DNA from: Nannocystales bacterium
GTDB lineage: Bacteria > Myxococcota_A > Polyangia > Nannocystales > Nannocystaceae
Direction of reading: 5' to 3'
Length of the DNA stretch: 64,000 bases
Assembly: GCA_050633305.1 (NCBI GenBank)
Contig: JBOEGF010000047.1
Coordinates: forward strand, 54,514 to 118,513
Within the stretch, counting starts at the first letter, position 1. The number at the start of each line of letters is the position of its first letter. Both the position numbers and the translations under genes were made by a program. Shown here piece by piece: positions 1 to 9,334 of the stretch. The notes below the pieces were generated by a model that was given only the letters and a program-made list of their open reading frames with translations, was not told where the DNA came from and ran no database searches.

Positions 1-132
1 CCGCCCATCGCGACGACCTCCATCCTCGGCGGCCGTACGGCCCCGCGACCCGTCCGCAGGCGACCCACAACCTCACCCAGGCGTCGGCAGACCAAGCGTC
101 CGGCCGTTGCACCCGCACCCCTCCCGCGCGAT

Positions 133-161
133 TTGACTTTCCCACGCACGCAAACAAGAGT
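133..161 (+). promoter_or_regulatory. Putative sigma70-type promoter, probably leaderless
   Basis: TTGACT (133-138), 17-nt spacer, AAGAGT (156-161), then 6 nt to GTG 168. Confidence 0.4.
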
Positions 162-167
162 CTCTTC

Positions 168-893
168 GTGCGGTTTCCTCGCCTCGCCGCGGCAGTTCTC
201 GGCCTCGGCTGCTTCGCGGCCCCTGTTGCCGCCCACGCTGCGGAAGAACCCGGCGAGCCCGAGGGCTTCGTCGATCCGCGCGCGCGACCCTTGCCCCGCA
301 AGCATCGGTTCCGGCTGGGTCTTCAGATGGACTACATGCGGCTGTCCGCTGCGATCGACGAGGACTCGGGCAAGGTCCAACGGTTCCAGTTCATCCCGTT
401 GCAGCTCGACTTCGCCTACCAGGGCCGGATCGGCCGCTACGTCATGGTCCGGCCCAGTCTCGCCGTGGGCGCAAACCCGGCCAACACCGTCGAGGCCATG
501 CCGATGGTCATCCATCCGCAGCTGTTCACCGGCTTTCAGGGACGTCTGGTCGGCGTGGCGTTCGGCTACGGGTTCCTTGGCGCGCCCATCCAAAACAAAG
601 ACGCCGTCTCCGACATCCGGGGCGGCTTGGGGCAGCCGATTCTCAGCAACGCGCACCACATTGGTGGCGAGCTCTCCTTCACCACGCGAGTGCACCGGCG
701 CCGCGAGTCCGCCCCCGGCGCGGGCGAGCTGTCCATCATCTTGCGCGTCGCAGGGCTCAACGGCCGCACTCGACACTTCGAGATCGACACCCGTCGGTGG
801 CGAGCCATGTTCACGTTCGGCCTCGGCTGGTACTTTGGTGACGGTCGACGCGGCCAGGCCCGACGTGCGCAGCGGTCAGCCGACGGGTCTTAG
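168..893 (+). CDS. Secreted hypothetical protein, possible small outer-membrane beta-barrel
   Basis: N-terminal signal peptide (AAAVLGLGCFAAPVAAHA); amphipathic beta-strand pattern ending FTFGLGWYFG; high GC3; GTG start. Confidence 0.6.
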   Translation: MRFPRLAAAVLGLGCFAAPVAAHAAEEPGEPEGFVDPRARPLPRKHRFRLGLQMDYMRLSAAIDEDSGKVQRFQFIPLQLDFAYQGRIGRYVMVRPSLAVGANPANTVEAMPMVIHPQLFTGFQGRLVGVAFGYGFLGAPIQNKDAVSDIRGGLGQPILSNAHHIGGELSFTTRVHRRRESAPGAGELSIILRVAGLNGRTRHFEIDTRRWRAMFTFGLGWYFGDGRRGQARRAQRSADGS

Positions 894-1423
894 TGGACCA
901 CGACCGCAACAGCGAGGCGCAGGCCTGCCCACCACGATCGGCGACCGACGAAATGCATCGTCGGCTGGAGGCCGAGCTCGAAGCCACCGACATCGAGGAC
1001 GGCCCGACCATGGGTCGTGCGGCTGGCGGTGTGTTCACCATCGGCCACATCGCGCTCGCATCGGTCCTCGGAGGGGGCATCGGTGGGGTGATCCTGATGA
1101 CCGTCAACGACCGCCGAATGGAGCACCGGGCCGTGTGGCGAAGCGCCGTCGCTTACGTCATGGCGACGATGGGTGGGGCGCTGTTGCTGGGACTCGCGCT
1201 GCCTCCGGGATTCACCGCCCGCCTCGCACCCGTCCTCGCGTTGTTGCTCACCGTGATCCCGCCAATCGCGCTCGCGATCGTCTTCCAGAGACGCATGATG
1301 GCCGGGCGACCGCAGGAAGCTGAGCCCGCCCGCTCCATCGCGTTTGCGATCGCCGCAGGCTGGCTGATCTCTGCTGCCGTTTTCGGGCTGCTTCGTTCCG
1401 TCCTCCCCACGCCTCCCGCGTGA
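893..1423 (+). CDS. Hypothetical integral membrane protein (~4 TM helices)
   Basis: Four hydrophobic segments; start overlaps the upstream TAG; the real start could be ATG 953. Confidence 0.6.
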   Translation: MDHDRNSEAQACPPRSATDEMHRRLEAELEATDIEDGPTMGRAAGGVFTIGHIALASVLGGGIGGVILMTVNDRRMEHRAVWRSAVAYVMATMGGALLLGLALPPGFTARLAPVLALLLTVIPPIALAIVFQRRMMAGRPQEAEPARSIAFAIAAGWLISAAVFGLLRSVLPTPPA

Positions 1424-1505
1424 GGATTCCCGGCGCCCGGGCAGGTAGGCGTGGCTGCACGGGCGGTGCGGCCCTTGGTACTTCTGCGGCCGAGGACTGC
1501 ACCGC

Positions 1506-2894
1506 ATGACCGAGAACTTGATGAAGGGCGCCGTCGCCGACATGACCCGTGCCATCGGAGGCACGCCAATCGTCCGCCTCAACCGCGTCGCCGAGGACAT
1601 CTCCTCCGAGATCTACGCCAAGGTCGAGTACCTGAACCCGGCGGGTTCGATGAAGGACCGCGTGGGCATGAACCTGATCCGCGACGCCGAGGAGCGCGGC
1701 ATGCTCGGACCCGGCGGCACGATCGTCGAGGCGACCTCGGGCAACACCGGCGCTGGCTTGGCCATGGTCGCGGCGATCAAGGGCTACAAGTGCATCTTCG
1801 TCATGCCCGACAAGATGTCGTACGAGAAGGTCGATGCCCTTCGAGCCTACGGCGCCAAGGTCGTCATCTGCCCGACCGCCGTCGAGCCCAGCGACCCCCG
1901 CAGCTACTACTCCACCGCGCGTCGCATCGTGGAGGAGACCCCCGGGGCGTTCTACGCGAACCAGTATCACAACCCCGCCAACCCCGAGGCGCACTACCTG
2001 AGCACGGGACCGGAGATCTGGGAGCAGACCCAAGGCGACTTCGACGTGTTCGTGTCCGGCATGGGCACCGGCGGCACCCTCAGCGGCTGCGGCCGTTACT
2101 TCAAAGAGAAGAACCCCGACATTCAGCTCGTCGGCGTCGATCCCATTGGCTCGCTGTACTACGAGTACGTGAAGACCGGCCGCCTCACGAAGGCCTTCTC
2201 CTACTACGTCGAGGGCATCGGCGAGGACTTCCTTCCCTCGACGATGAACCTGGATATCCTCGACGACGTCGTCCAAGTCGACGACAAGGAGTGCTTCTTG
2301 ATGACGCGCGAGCTCGTGCGTCGTGAGGGAATCTTCTGCGGCGGCTCGTGTGGCGCGGCCGTCATGGGCGCCATCAAGTACGCCCGCACGCTCAAGGAGC
2401 CCAAGAAGATCCTCGTGCTCCTGCCCGACAACGCGCAGAAGTACCTCAGCAAGGTCTTCAACGACGACTGGATGCGCTCCAACGGCTTCCTCGACGAAGA
2501 CGACGTCGAAGGCACCGTCGCCCACCTCATCAAAGCACGGGGCGGCGACGTCATCACCGCGCAGGCGTCCTCCTCGGTACGCGACGCCATCGGCGTGATG
2601 AAGCGGCACGGCATCAGCCAGCTTCCGATCCTCGACGACAAGGGACGACACTGCGGCATGGTGGCCGAGCGAGACCTGCTGAACGTTTTGGTGGAGAACG
2701 AGGGCAGCCTCGACACCCCGCTGCGGGATCTGGCCGACGGCGACTACGCCACCGTCTCCCCGCACACGCGCATCGCGTTGCTCAAGAACATCTTCAATGA
2801 CGCCAAGGCCGTGCTCGTCACCGAGGGCGATCGACTCATGGGCGTGCTGACGAAGATCGACCTGATCGACTACCTCGCGAACCAGAAGGTCTGA
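1506..2894 (+). CDS. cbs: Cystathionine beta-synthase / PLP-dependent cysteine synthase family with C-terminal CBS pair
   Basis: KVEYLNPAGSMKDR (PLP lysine), EATSGNTG and GMGTGGT motifs; C-terminal CBS domains; SD GAGGA. Confidence 0.9.
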   Translation: MTENLMKGAVADMTRAIGGTPIVRLNRVAEDISSEIYAKVEYLNPAGSMKDRVGMNLIRDAEERGMLGPGGTIVEATSGNTGAGLAMVAAIKGYKCIFVMPDKMSYEKVDALRAYGAKVVICPTAVEPSDPRSYYSTARRIVEETPGAFYANQYHNPANPEAHYLSTGPEIWEQTQGDFDVFVSGMGTGGTLSGCGRYFKEKNPDIQLVGVDPIGSLYYEYVKTGRLTKAFSYYVEGIGEDFLPSTMNLDILDDVVQVDDKECFLMTRELVRREGIFCGGSCGAAVMGAIKYARTLKEPKKILVLLPDNAQKYLSKVFNDDWMRSNGFLDEDDVEGTVAHLIKARGGDVITAQASSSVRDAIGVMKRHGISQLPILDDKGRHCGMVAERDLLNVLVENEGSLDTPLRDLADGDYATVSPHTRIALLKNIFNDAKAVLVTEGDRLMGVLTKIDLIDYLANQKV

Positions 2895-2972
2895 CGGCAA
2901 CGACCTCGCGCGTCGTGACGGGAGCAGCACTGCTCGAGCACGACCGCGGAGGCACTGGCCGAGATCTTCCCA

Positions 2973-3012
2973 AAGACGCCGCCCCTTCAACGAGGGCGGC
3001 GTCTTCGTTTCT
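2973..3012 (+). terminator. Intrinsic terminator after cbs
   Basis: Hairpin AAGACGCCGCCC...GGGCGGCGTCTT followed by CGTTTCT. Confidence 0.7.
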
Positions 3013-3227
3013 GCGACATCCGTCGACACGCCCCGACGAGCCCGGTGACGTCCACCACGGGCGCGTATCGGCGCTCGGTGGCTCTCAGCCCTCGGTGGCC
3101 CGATGACACAGCGAAGGGGCGCACCCGTTGGCTCTGGAAACCTCGACGAAGATGCGCGCGAACGCTCAGCTCGGCACGCATCCAGGTTCTCTAACATCTA
3201 CAGATGTAATCTGAGACACTCTCCAAC

Positions 3228-4328
3228 GTGCGCCCAATCGAAACCGGCCAACCGGTCGCTTTTCAACATCCACTCGCAGACGAGGAGGAACGGTTTGAGC
3301 ACGGCCGTCGGTTGACCCTTCGCGGCCTGCTCGGCGGCCGTGATTCGGACCTTTGGCGGTGTCGGGCGGCCAACCGGATTCTCGGAAGCCTCGGGAATCC
3401 GGGCCTTGCAGCGGCGACCCACGTCGAACGTGACGCTGATCGCCGGCTCGTCCTCACCTACGAGACCGACGACCGCGAGCCCCTCTCCGCACGCCTGAGC
3501 GATGCCCCTGCCTTCGTCGAACACGTCCTCATCCAGCTGTGTGCCGCATTGGAGGCCGCCCACAGCCTTGGGATCGTCCACGGTGGGTTGACGCCTGGCG
3601 CGGTCCGCCTGGGACACGACCCTCACCGCCCCTCCGTGACCCTGGCAGACTTTGGCCTGGGGCATCTGTTCGGAGCCAAGTCAGCGCTCGAGGGCGGCCA
3701 GTCCTGGCAACCCCACAGCCCCGAGTAGGAGCAGGGACTCGAACCAACGCCCCGGGAGGACGTCTATCTGCTCGGCGCGCTCGGATACACGATGCTCACC
3801 GGGCGACCCCTGTTCGACAGCACGTCGCGGCCACAGACACTGCAGAAGCACGCGACCGAGACCCGAAGCGGAGTCACCCCGGGCAGCCTCCCCTGCGCGC
3901 CCGCCCTCGCGGCGATCGTGCAACGCTGCCTGAGCAAGAACCCCAGCGAGCGATTCTCCGGTCCCGCCGAGGTCGCGCATGCGCTGCTCGCCCGCGCCCC
4001 AGAGGCCCAGCTGCCCCCCCGCCCGGGACAACGCCCGGCGGTCGTCGGCGATGTCCTGTCGGCCGTCGCTCCATTCCCGCTGCGACCCATCCCGCCCGGT
4101 GTACCCGGAGACTCCAAACGGCTGGCCGCCATGATCATCGCCTCGACACTCGTCGTCACGGGCGTCACGTGGGCGGCTGTGTCATCCCTGCCCACGGACC
4201 CGTCTCCGCGCTCGAACGCAGCCGGTGCGGCAGATGAGCCCACGCGCGCGTCGGCAGCTGCGCCCTCCACCATCACTGCGGCGACCGAAGCAGACCTCCG
4301 CCCAGCCGCTCTCCTGCGGGGACCATGA
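3228..4328 (+). pseudogene. Membrane-anchored Ser/Thr pseudokinase interrupted by an in-frame TAG (3726-3728)
   Basis: ORFs 3228-3728 and 3792-4328 share one frame; reading through gives HSPE*EQGLEPTPREDVYLLGALGYTMLTGRPLF (kinase subdomains VIII-IX); DFG present; C-terminal TM helix. Confidence 0.7.
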
Positions 4329-4533
4329 GGTCCGGCCGCAGCTCGAGTGTCGGCGGGCAGGTGCCAACCTCGAAGGAGCGCAGCCGGACCGACGCCGGGA
4401 ACTTCGCGGCACGCGGGGCGTGGGACCCCTCGTGCTCAACCCGTGCTACGCCTTCGGGCACGAAAAAACCCGGGAGCCCGACCACCATTGCTGGTGGGCA
4501 GCGCCCGGGCCTTTCACAGTCCGAAGCAGGCGA

Positions 4534-4911
4534 TCAGCCGGCGGCGGGACCCGTGAACGTGTACGTGAACGTTGCCTGACCGTCGCGACGGTCTTCCGGC
4601 GTGAGCGCCAGACCGTCAACGGCCGTGACGACGCAGGTCTGAAGCGACTCGGGGGCGGTGGAGCCCTCGGCAGCGGTCGCGTTCATGATGGCGCCCGTCT
4701 TCTTCTCGACGGTGAAGTTCACAACAACGTCGCCCGAGAGGGCTGGGTTGTTCGCGAGCTCTTTGTCGTAGCAGCTGCGGACGTCCGCGTTGCGAGTCTC
4801 GAGAAGAGCGCGGGTGTCGGTGCGGTACTGGTCTTCGCCACGGGCGATGAACGAGCAGCCCATCGAAAGGGCGACCGACGCGAGGATCATGGAAGAGATG
4901 GTTTTACGCAT
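4534..4911 (-). CDS. Lipoprotein with AgmX/PglI C-terminal (TonB-C-like) domain
   Basis: Lipobox LSMGC; VRSCY...LSGDVVVNFTV...TCV pattern; SD AGGAG. Confidence 0.7.
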   Translation of the reverse strand: MRKTISSMILASVALSMGCSFIARGEDQYRTDTRALLETRNADVRSCYDKELANNPALSGDVVVNFTVEKKTGAIMNATAAEGSTAPESLQTCVVTAVDGLALTPEDRRDGQATFTYTFTGPAAG

Positions 4912-4938
4912 GTCGATTTCTCCTGCGGTGCAGCTGAA

Positions 4939-5565
4939 TCAGCCGCTGACCTTTTTCTCTTCGAGGACTTTCTCTTTGCCGTCTTCGGACACTTCGACCT
5001 TGGTCTGCGTGACCTCTTGCTCGATGATCACGAACTCGACGCGACGGTTCTTCTCACGACCGTCTTCGGTGTCGTTGCTCGCGATGGGCTGGGTTTCCCC
5101 GTAGCCCTTGGCCGAGAGGTGGTCCTTGGTGACCCCACCCTTACCGGTGAGGAACTTGCGAACCGCCTTGGCGCGACGATCCGACAACTTCATGTTGTGG
5201 TTGTCTCCGCCTTCGGCCGAAGCGTGCCCCTGGATCTCGATCTTCTTGATCTGGGGGTTTTCTTGAATGACCTTGGCGACCTCGTTCAACAAGTCGAACG
5301 AGACTTCTTGAATCTTGTCCGAGTTGACCGCGAACTGGATCTTCTCGTTGATGGCGATCTTGTTGTCGCGAACTTCGACCCGCTTTTGCGGCTCGGGTTC
5401 GGGGGCAGCAGCAACAGGCTCGGGCTCCGGCTCAGCAGAAGTTCCCACAATGGCGAGGGAAGCGTCGTCGCTGAACACGATCGGTCCGCAAGCGGCCGTC
5501 GTGAGGAGCATGAAGCCCGCAGCAAGCAGACCGATGGCCCGGCTGGGATTGCGTAGAGCGTGCAT
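4939..5565 (-). CDS. OmpA-family peptidoglycan-binding lipoprotein
   Basis: Start set at ATG 5565 (SD GGAG); lipobox TAAC; IEIQGHA, LSDRRAKAV, GYGETQP and NRRVEF OmpA-C motifs. Confidence 0.85.
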   Translation of the reverse strand: MHALRNPSRAIGLLAAGFMLLTTAACGPIVFSDDASLAIVGTSAEPEPEPVAAAPEPEPQKRVEVRDNKIAINEKIQFAVNSDKIQEVSFDLLNEVAKVIQENPQIKKIEIQGHASAEGGDNHNMKLSDRRAKAVRKFLTGKGGVTKDHLSAKGYGETQPIASNDTEDGREKNRRVEFVIIEQEVTQTKVEVSEDGKEKVLEEKKVSG

Positions 5566-5767
5566 GATGATCTCCGTACAGTTGGAAAAAGAAGCGGACC
5601 GCGAACGACAACAGGCCGAGCGGCGGTGCGCGCGTGAACATAGAAAACGCTCAGGAATCGTCAACCCCGGGCCTAGAGGTAGCTTCAGTTCTTCTGTGTG
5701 CGCAGACCATCGGTCCAAGCACGAAGACCGCTCGCTCATCGAGGGAGTTGGCGCTAGCCTATGGAAG

Positions 5768-6844
5768 ATGACGATGGTGAACCGGCTTGCATTGAGGGCG
5801 CTCGTAGGCGCCGGGTTTGTCCTGTGCAGCACGGGTTCGGCAGCGGCCGCGCCGGCTGATCCCGCGCCGGAGATAGCCGCACCAACCGGCGGGGAAACAC
5901 CGTCCACCCCGTCCCCTGAGCCATCAGCTCCCGCGGAGGGGCCCACAGCGGCACCCGTCGCGGACGCTGGCGCAGTGCCCGCATCGCCCCCGGCCGCAGG
6001 CGCACCCGAGAGTGCGACGGCGGTGCCCGAAGCGCCTCCCGCCGCGGAAGACGAGGGCGCGGTTTCGGCCGCAGAAGAAACCCCACGTGAGGCAACCGCT
6101 ACTAGTGCGGAGATTGAGGCAGAACGCCCCACGACCGGCCAGGAGAAATCCGACGCGATCGACCCAGATCTCCTCTCCGGGGACACGGAAGAGCCCGCTC
6201 CGCCCCCCGCTCCGACCGCCCGGACGGTCGTGCACGACCCCGGTGCGTACGACGCCGCGCTCGCGAAAGCCTATGCGGACGAGTACCGGCCCGCCGACAA
6301 CCCCGGACGCCTACATGTCGGAGCTCGGGCGCTCTTCGCCAACGCGGGCGGCGACAGCGAGATCGGCGGACGCATGGGCGGCATGCAGGTCGATGTGGGC
6401 CAAGCGTGGAACCACTTCGGCTACGCCGCGACCGCATCGGCCTGGGGAGGCCGCGTCCTGTTGGGCGATCGCGTCGCCGAGATGAACGCCCTGTTCGGCA
6501 TCGGGCCCACGATCACGTTGGGTCGCAGCGCGCTTCAGCAACGCGGCATGATCGACCTCCGGCTTGGCTACGACTTCATGTACGGCGTGGTCAACCAGCG
6601 CTCGCAGCAAGCGACCATCGTCGCTCCGCAGGACGACTCGGCCTTCGCGCTCGAGCAAACCGAAAACCTCCTGCCTCATGGCCCTCGCGCCATGCTGCAA
6701 CTGGGCCTCCTCAGCCCCAAGCGCCGCAACTACCACCACGGTATGGGCATCGTGTTTGGCTACCAGGGGTTGGTGGGTAGCCTCCGTGGCGACCTCCCCT
6801 TCACCCACATGCTGGTGACCGGTTTGCAGTGGTGGATGGGCTGA
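5768..6844 (+). CDS. Secreted protein with Pro/Ala-rich linker and probable outer-membrane beta-barrel C-terminus
   Basis: Signal peptide after ATG 5768/5774; PA/E-rich linker; amphipathic strands ending LVTGLQWWMG. Confidence 0.6.
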   Translation: MTMVNRLALRALVGAGFVLCSTGSAAAAPADPAPEIAAPTGGETPSTPSPEPSAPAEGPTAAPVADAGAVPASPPAAGAPESATAVPEAPPAAEDEGAVSAAEETPREATATSAEIEAERPTTGQEKSDAIDPDLLSGDTEEPAPPPAPTARTVVHDPGAYDAALAKAYADEYRPADNPGRLHVGARALFANAGGDSEIGGRMGGMQVDVGQAWNHFGYAATASAWGGRVLLGDRVAEMNALFGIGPTITLGRSALQQRGMIDLRLGYDFMYGVVNQRSQQATIVAPQDDSAFALEQTENLLPHGPRAMLQLGLLSPKRRNYHHGMGIVFGYQGLVGSLRGDLPFTHMLVTGLQWWMG

Positions 6845-6893
6845 GGCCGCATCCGATCCCGCAGCGGGCAACTCGCCCGGTACCATCGCGTGC

Positions 6894-7709
6894 GTGTCGT
6901 TCCTGAACATCACACGCGCCGGTCACGTTGCCCATGTCCTCTTGGACAACCCCAAGAAGCTCAACGCGATGGGGACGGAGTTTTGGACCGAGACCGCCAA
7001 GACGCTGCACGCACTGGGCGAAGACCCCGAGGTCCGTGCGGTCGTGGTGCGGGGTGCAGGCCGGGCGTTCACATCCGGGCTCGACATCCCGGACATCATG
7101 TCGAAGCTGCCGATCGACCCGACCGGAGGGCCACCGGATGGGAGCCGGCAAGCCGCACTCCACCGCTTGATCCGCGAAATGCAGGGCGCGGTCAGTGCGT
7201 TTGAACGACTGCCGGTCCCGGTTATCGCGGCCGTGCACGGGTACTGCCTGGGCGCCGGGGTGGACCTCATCACGGCTTGTGACATCCGCCTCGCCAGCGC
7301 CGATGCGGTGTTTGGCGTCCGAGAGACGAAGATTGCGATGGTCGCTGATGTTGGCACGCTGCAACGCCTCCCGCGAATCGTGGGCCCTGGGCACGCACGC
7401 GAACTGGCCTACACCGGGCGTGATTTCGATGCCGCCTACGCCGAGAAGATTGGGCTGGTCAACCGCGTCCTTCCCGACCCCGACGCGCTGTTTGCCGACG
7501 CCGATGCGCTGGCGCAAGAAATCGCGGCCAACCCTCCCCTCGCCGTCCGTGGAAGCAAACACGTGATGAACGAAGCCCAGCGGCACGATATCGACCGTGA
7601 GCTCGAGTACGTCGCGACGTACAACGCAGCGCACCTGGTCACCCAGGATCTGGGTGTCGCCATCACCGCAGCGCTCACCAAGCAAAAACCCGAGTTCAGC
7701 GGTCGCTGA
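6894..7709 (+). CDS. Crotonase / enoyl-CoA hydratase family (dienoyl-CoA isomerase-like)
   Basis: AFTSGLD, PVIAAVHGYCLGAGVDLITACDIR and ADVGTLQRLP motifs. Confidence 0.9.
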   Translation: MSFLNITRAGHVAHVLLDNPKKLNAMGTEFWTETAKTLHALGEDPEVRAVVVRGAGRAFTSGLDIPDIMSKLPIDPTGGPPDGSRQAALHRLIREMQGAVSAFERLPVPVIAAVHGYCLGAGVDLITACDIRLASADAVFGVRETKIAMVADVGTLQRLPRIVGPGHARELAYTGRDFDAAYAEKIGLVNRVLPDPDALFADADALAQEIAANPPLAVRGSKHVMNEAQRHDIDRELEYVATYNAAHLVTQDLGVAITAALTKQKPEFSGR

Positions 7710-7747
7710 GTGGGAATACGGACCCCCGAGCCTCGGTTTGGGGCGCC

Positions 7748-8272
7748 ATGCCTCCCGCAAGACGGCTGCGCGCCAGTCTCCTCTTCTTGCTCGCCTCCAC
7801 GCTCGGGACGGGCTGCGACCTCGGCACAAAACTCTGGGCAACCGAGGCCCTCGCCGGAGGTGCCCAGCCAGTCGCGGCACCGTGGGTCTCCCTGCAGCTC
7901 GCCTACAACCGCGGCACCGCGTTCAGCGTGTTCCCCAAGCTCGGGAACGCGCTGCCCATGATGGCCGTGCTTGCGCTGCTCATCTCGGTCGCCGTGGGGG
8001 TCTATGTATGGCGCAGCCGTCCCGATGGCATCACCACGTTCGCGCTGGGCAGTATCGTCGCTGGGGCGCTGGGCAATGGCTACGACCGCGCGTTTCGCAA
8101 CGCGCCCGGTGGCGGGACCGGTGTGGTCGACTTTGTCTCGGTGCGACTGCCCGGGGGCTACGTCTGGCCGACGTTCAACGTCGCGGACGTTCTGCTGGTC
8201 GTCGGCGTCGCAACACTCTTCGCGCTCAGCATCCGACGCCGTAGCGCTGCTCCCCAGGCGTCCACCGCCTGA
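7748..8272 (+). CDS. lspA: Lipoprotein signal peptidase II
   Basis: NRGTAFS, GALGNGYDR, VVDF and FNVAD motifs; 4 TM segments. Confidence 0.9.
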   Translation: MPPARRLRASLLFLLASTLGTGCDLGTKLWATEALAGGAQPVAAPWVSLQLAYNRGTAFSVFPKLGNALPMMAVLALLISVAVGVYVWRSRPDGITTFALGSIVAGALGNGYDRAFRNAPGGGTGVVDFVSVRLPGGYVWPTFNVADVLLVVGVATLFALSIRRRSAAPQASTA

Positions 8273-8275
8273 GGC

Positions 8276-9241
8276 TCAGTCGATCGACTTCACGCGTCGG
8301 TGGAAGCGAGCCACGATGTTCGGGTCCGGCGTGAGCGTGATCTGGGCATTCTCTTTTCCCTTGTAGGGAAACAGGCTGAGGATGTGCCGAATCGCGGCGA
8401 GCCGAGCACGCTTCTTGGAGTTCGCCTTGACGATGACCCACGGGCTGAAGGACGTGTGCGTCCGCGCGAACATCTCCTCTTTGTAGCGGGTGTACGTATC
8501 CCACAGGTCCTGGGCGCGATCGTCGACAGGACTGAGCTTCCACTGTTTGAGGGGGTTCTTCCGTCGGGCCTCAAAACGAGATTTCTGCTCGTCCTTGGAG
8601 ATCGAGAACCAGAACTTGACCAAGTTCAGACCATCCTCGTAGAGCATGTGCTCAAACTCGGGAACCTGCCGCACGAAGGTGTCGTACTGCGCTTGTTTGC
8701 AGAACCCGTTCACGGGCTCGACCACCGCGCGGTTGTACCAACTGCGATCGAAGAACACGATCTCGCCGGGATTGGGAAGCTGCCGGGTGTAGCGCTGGAA
8801 GTACCATTGCCCCTGCTCTTCGTCGGTGGGCTTCGGCAACGCGACGACTCGCATGGAGCGAGGGTTGAGATGTTCGGTGAATCGCCGAATCGTGCCGCCC
8901 TTTCCGGCGGCGTCGCGCCCCTCGAACAAGATGGCGATGCGCAGACCCTTGTCTTGAACCCACCGCTGCAGCTTCACCAGCTCGACCTGAAGCTGGCTGA
9001 GTTCTTCCTCGTACTGAAGCACGGAGACCACCTTCTTGAGGTTGATGTCTCGATGCCGCAGCAGCGCGATCAGGCCATCCCGCGACGTGACGCGCGAGAG
9101 TTCATCGTGTGTCAGCGGTGCCTTCCGCTTCTTCTTGGACACGTCGAGGATCCCGTCCTCGTCTTCGCTGGCCACTATCGTGGCAAGGACCTCTTCGGGA
9201 GCCCCTGCCTGTCCTCGCTTGCTCGCCGTGCTCTTCCCCAT
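8276..9241 (-). CDS. ppk2: Polyphosphate kinase 2
   Basis: FEGRDAAGKGG Walker A; WYFQRY, FDRSWYNR and WKLSPVD motifs. Confidence 0.95.
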   Translation of the reverse strand: MGKSTASKRGQAGAPEEVLATIVASEDEDGILDVSKKKRKAPLTHDELSRVTSRDGLIALLRHRDINLKKVVSVLQYEEELSQLQVELVKLQRWVQDKGLRIAILFEGRDAAGKGGTIRRFTEHLNPRSMRVVALPKPTDEEQGQWYFQRYTRQLPNPGEIVFFDRSWYNRAVVEPVNGFCKQAQYDTFVRQVPEFEHMLYEDGLNLVKFWFSISKDEQKSRFEARRKNPLKQWKLSPVDDRAQDLWDTYTRYKEEMFARTHTSFSPWVIVKANSKKRARLAAIRHILSLFPYKGKENAQITLTPDPNIVARFHRRVKSID

Positions 9242-9334
9242 TGAGAAGATCAGTGTGACGCCACCGCCCGACTCTCGTTCCGCAAATGCTGCGTCAGGCC
9301 CAACAAGGGACGCCCCAGTAGACCTGGGCCGCCC

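Noticed and set aside
1..132. Gene fragment at the window start
   Set aside because: Too little sequence to support a call
1248..3197. Long antisense ORFs (also 12106-13887, 33260-35482, 38730-40505, 57032-58891 and others)
   Set aside because: Shadow frames of real genes, expected in GC-rich DNA; no motifs
3726..3728. Pyrrolysine or genome-wide amber recoding
   Set aside because: TAG is used as a normal stop elsewhere (purN, purD, lysC, recG); no pyl genes seen
7748..8272. lspA as an antibiotic self-resistance paralogue
   Set aside because: No biosynthetic gene cluster nearby; copy number cannot be judged from this window
8276..9241. ppk2 as part of the MoxR-vWA system
   Set aside because: Co-directional, but separated by 93 nt and a standard housekeeping enzyme; no evidence of linkage
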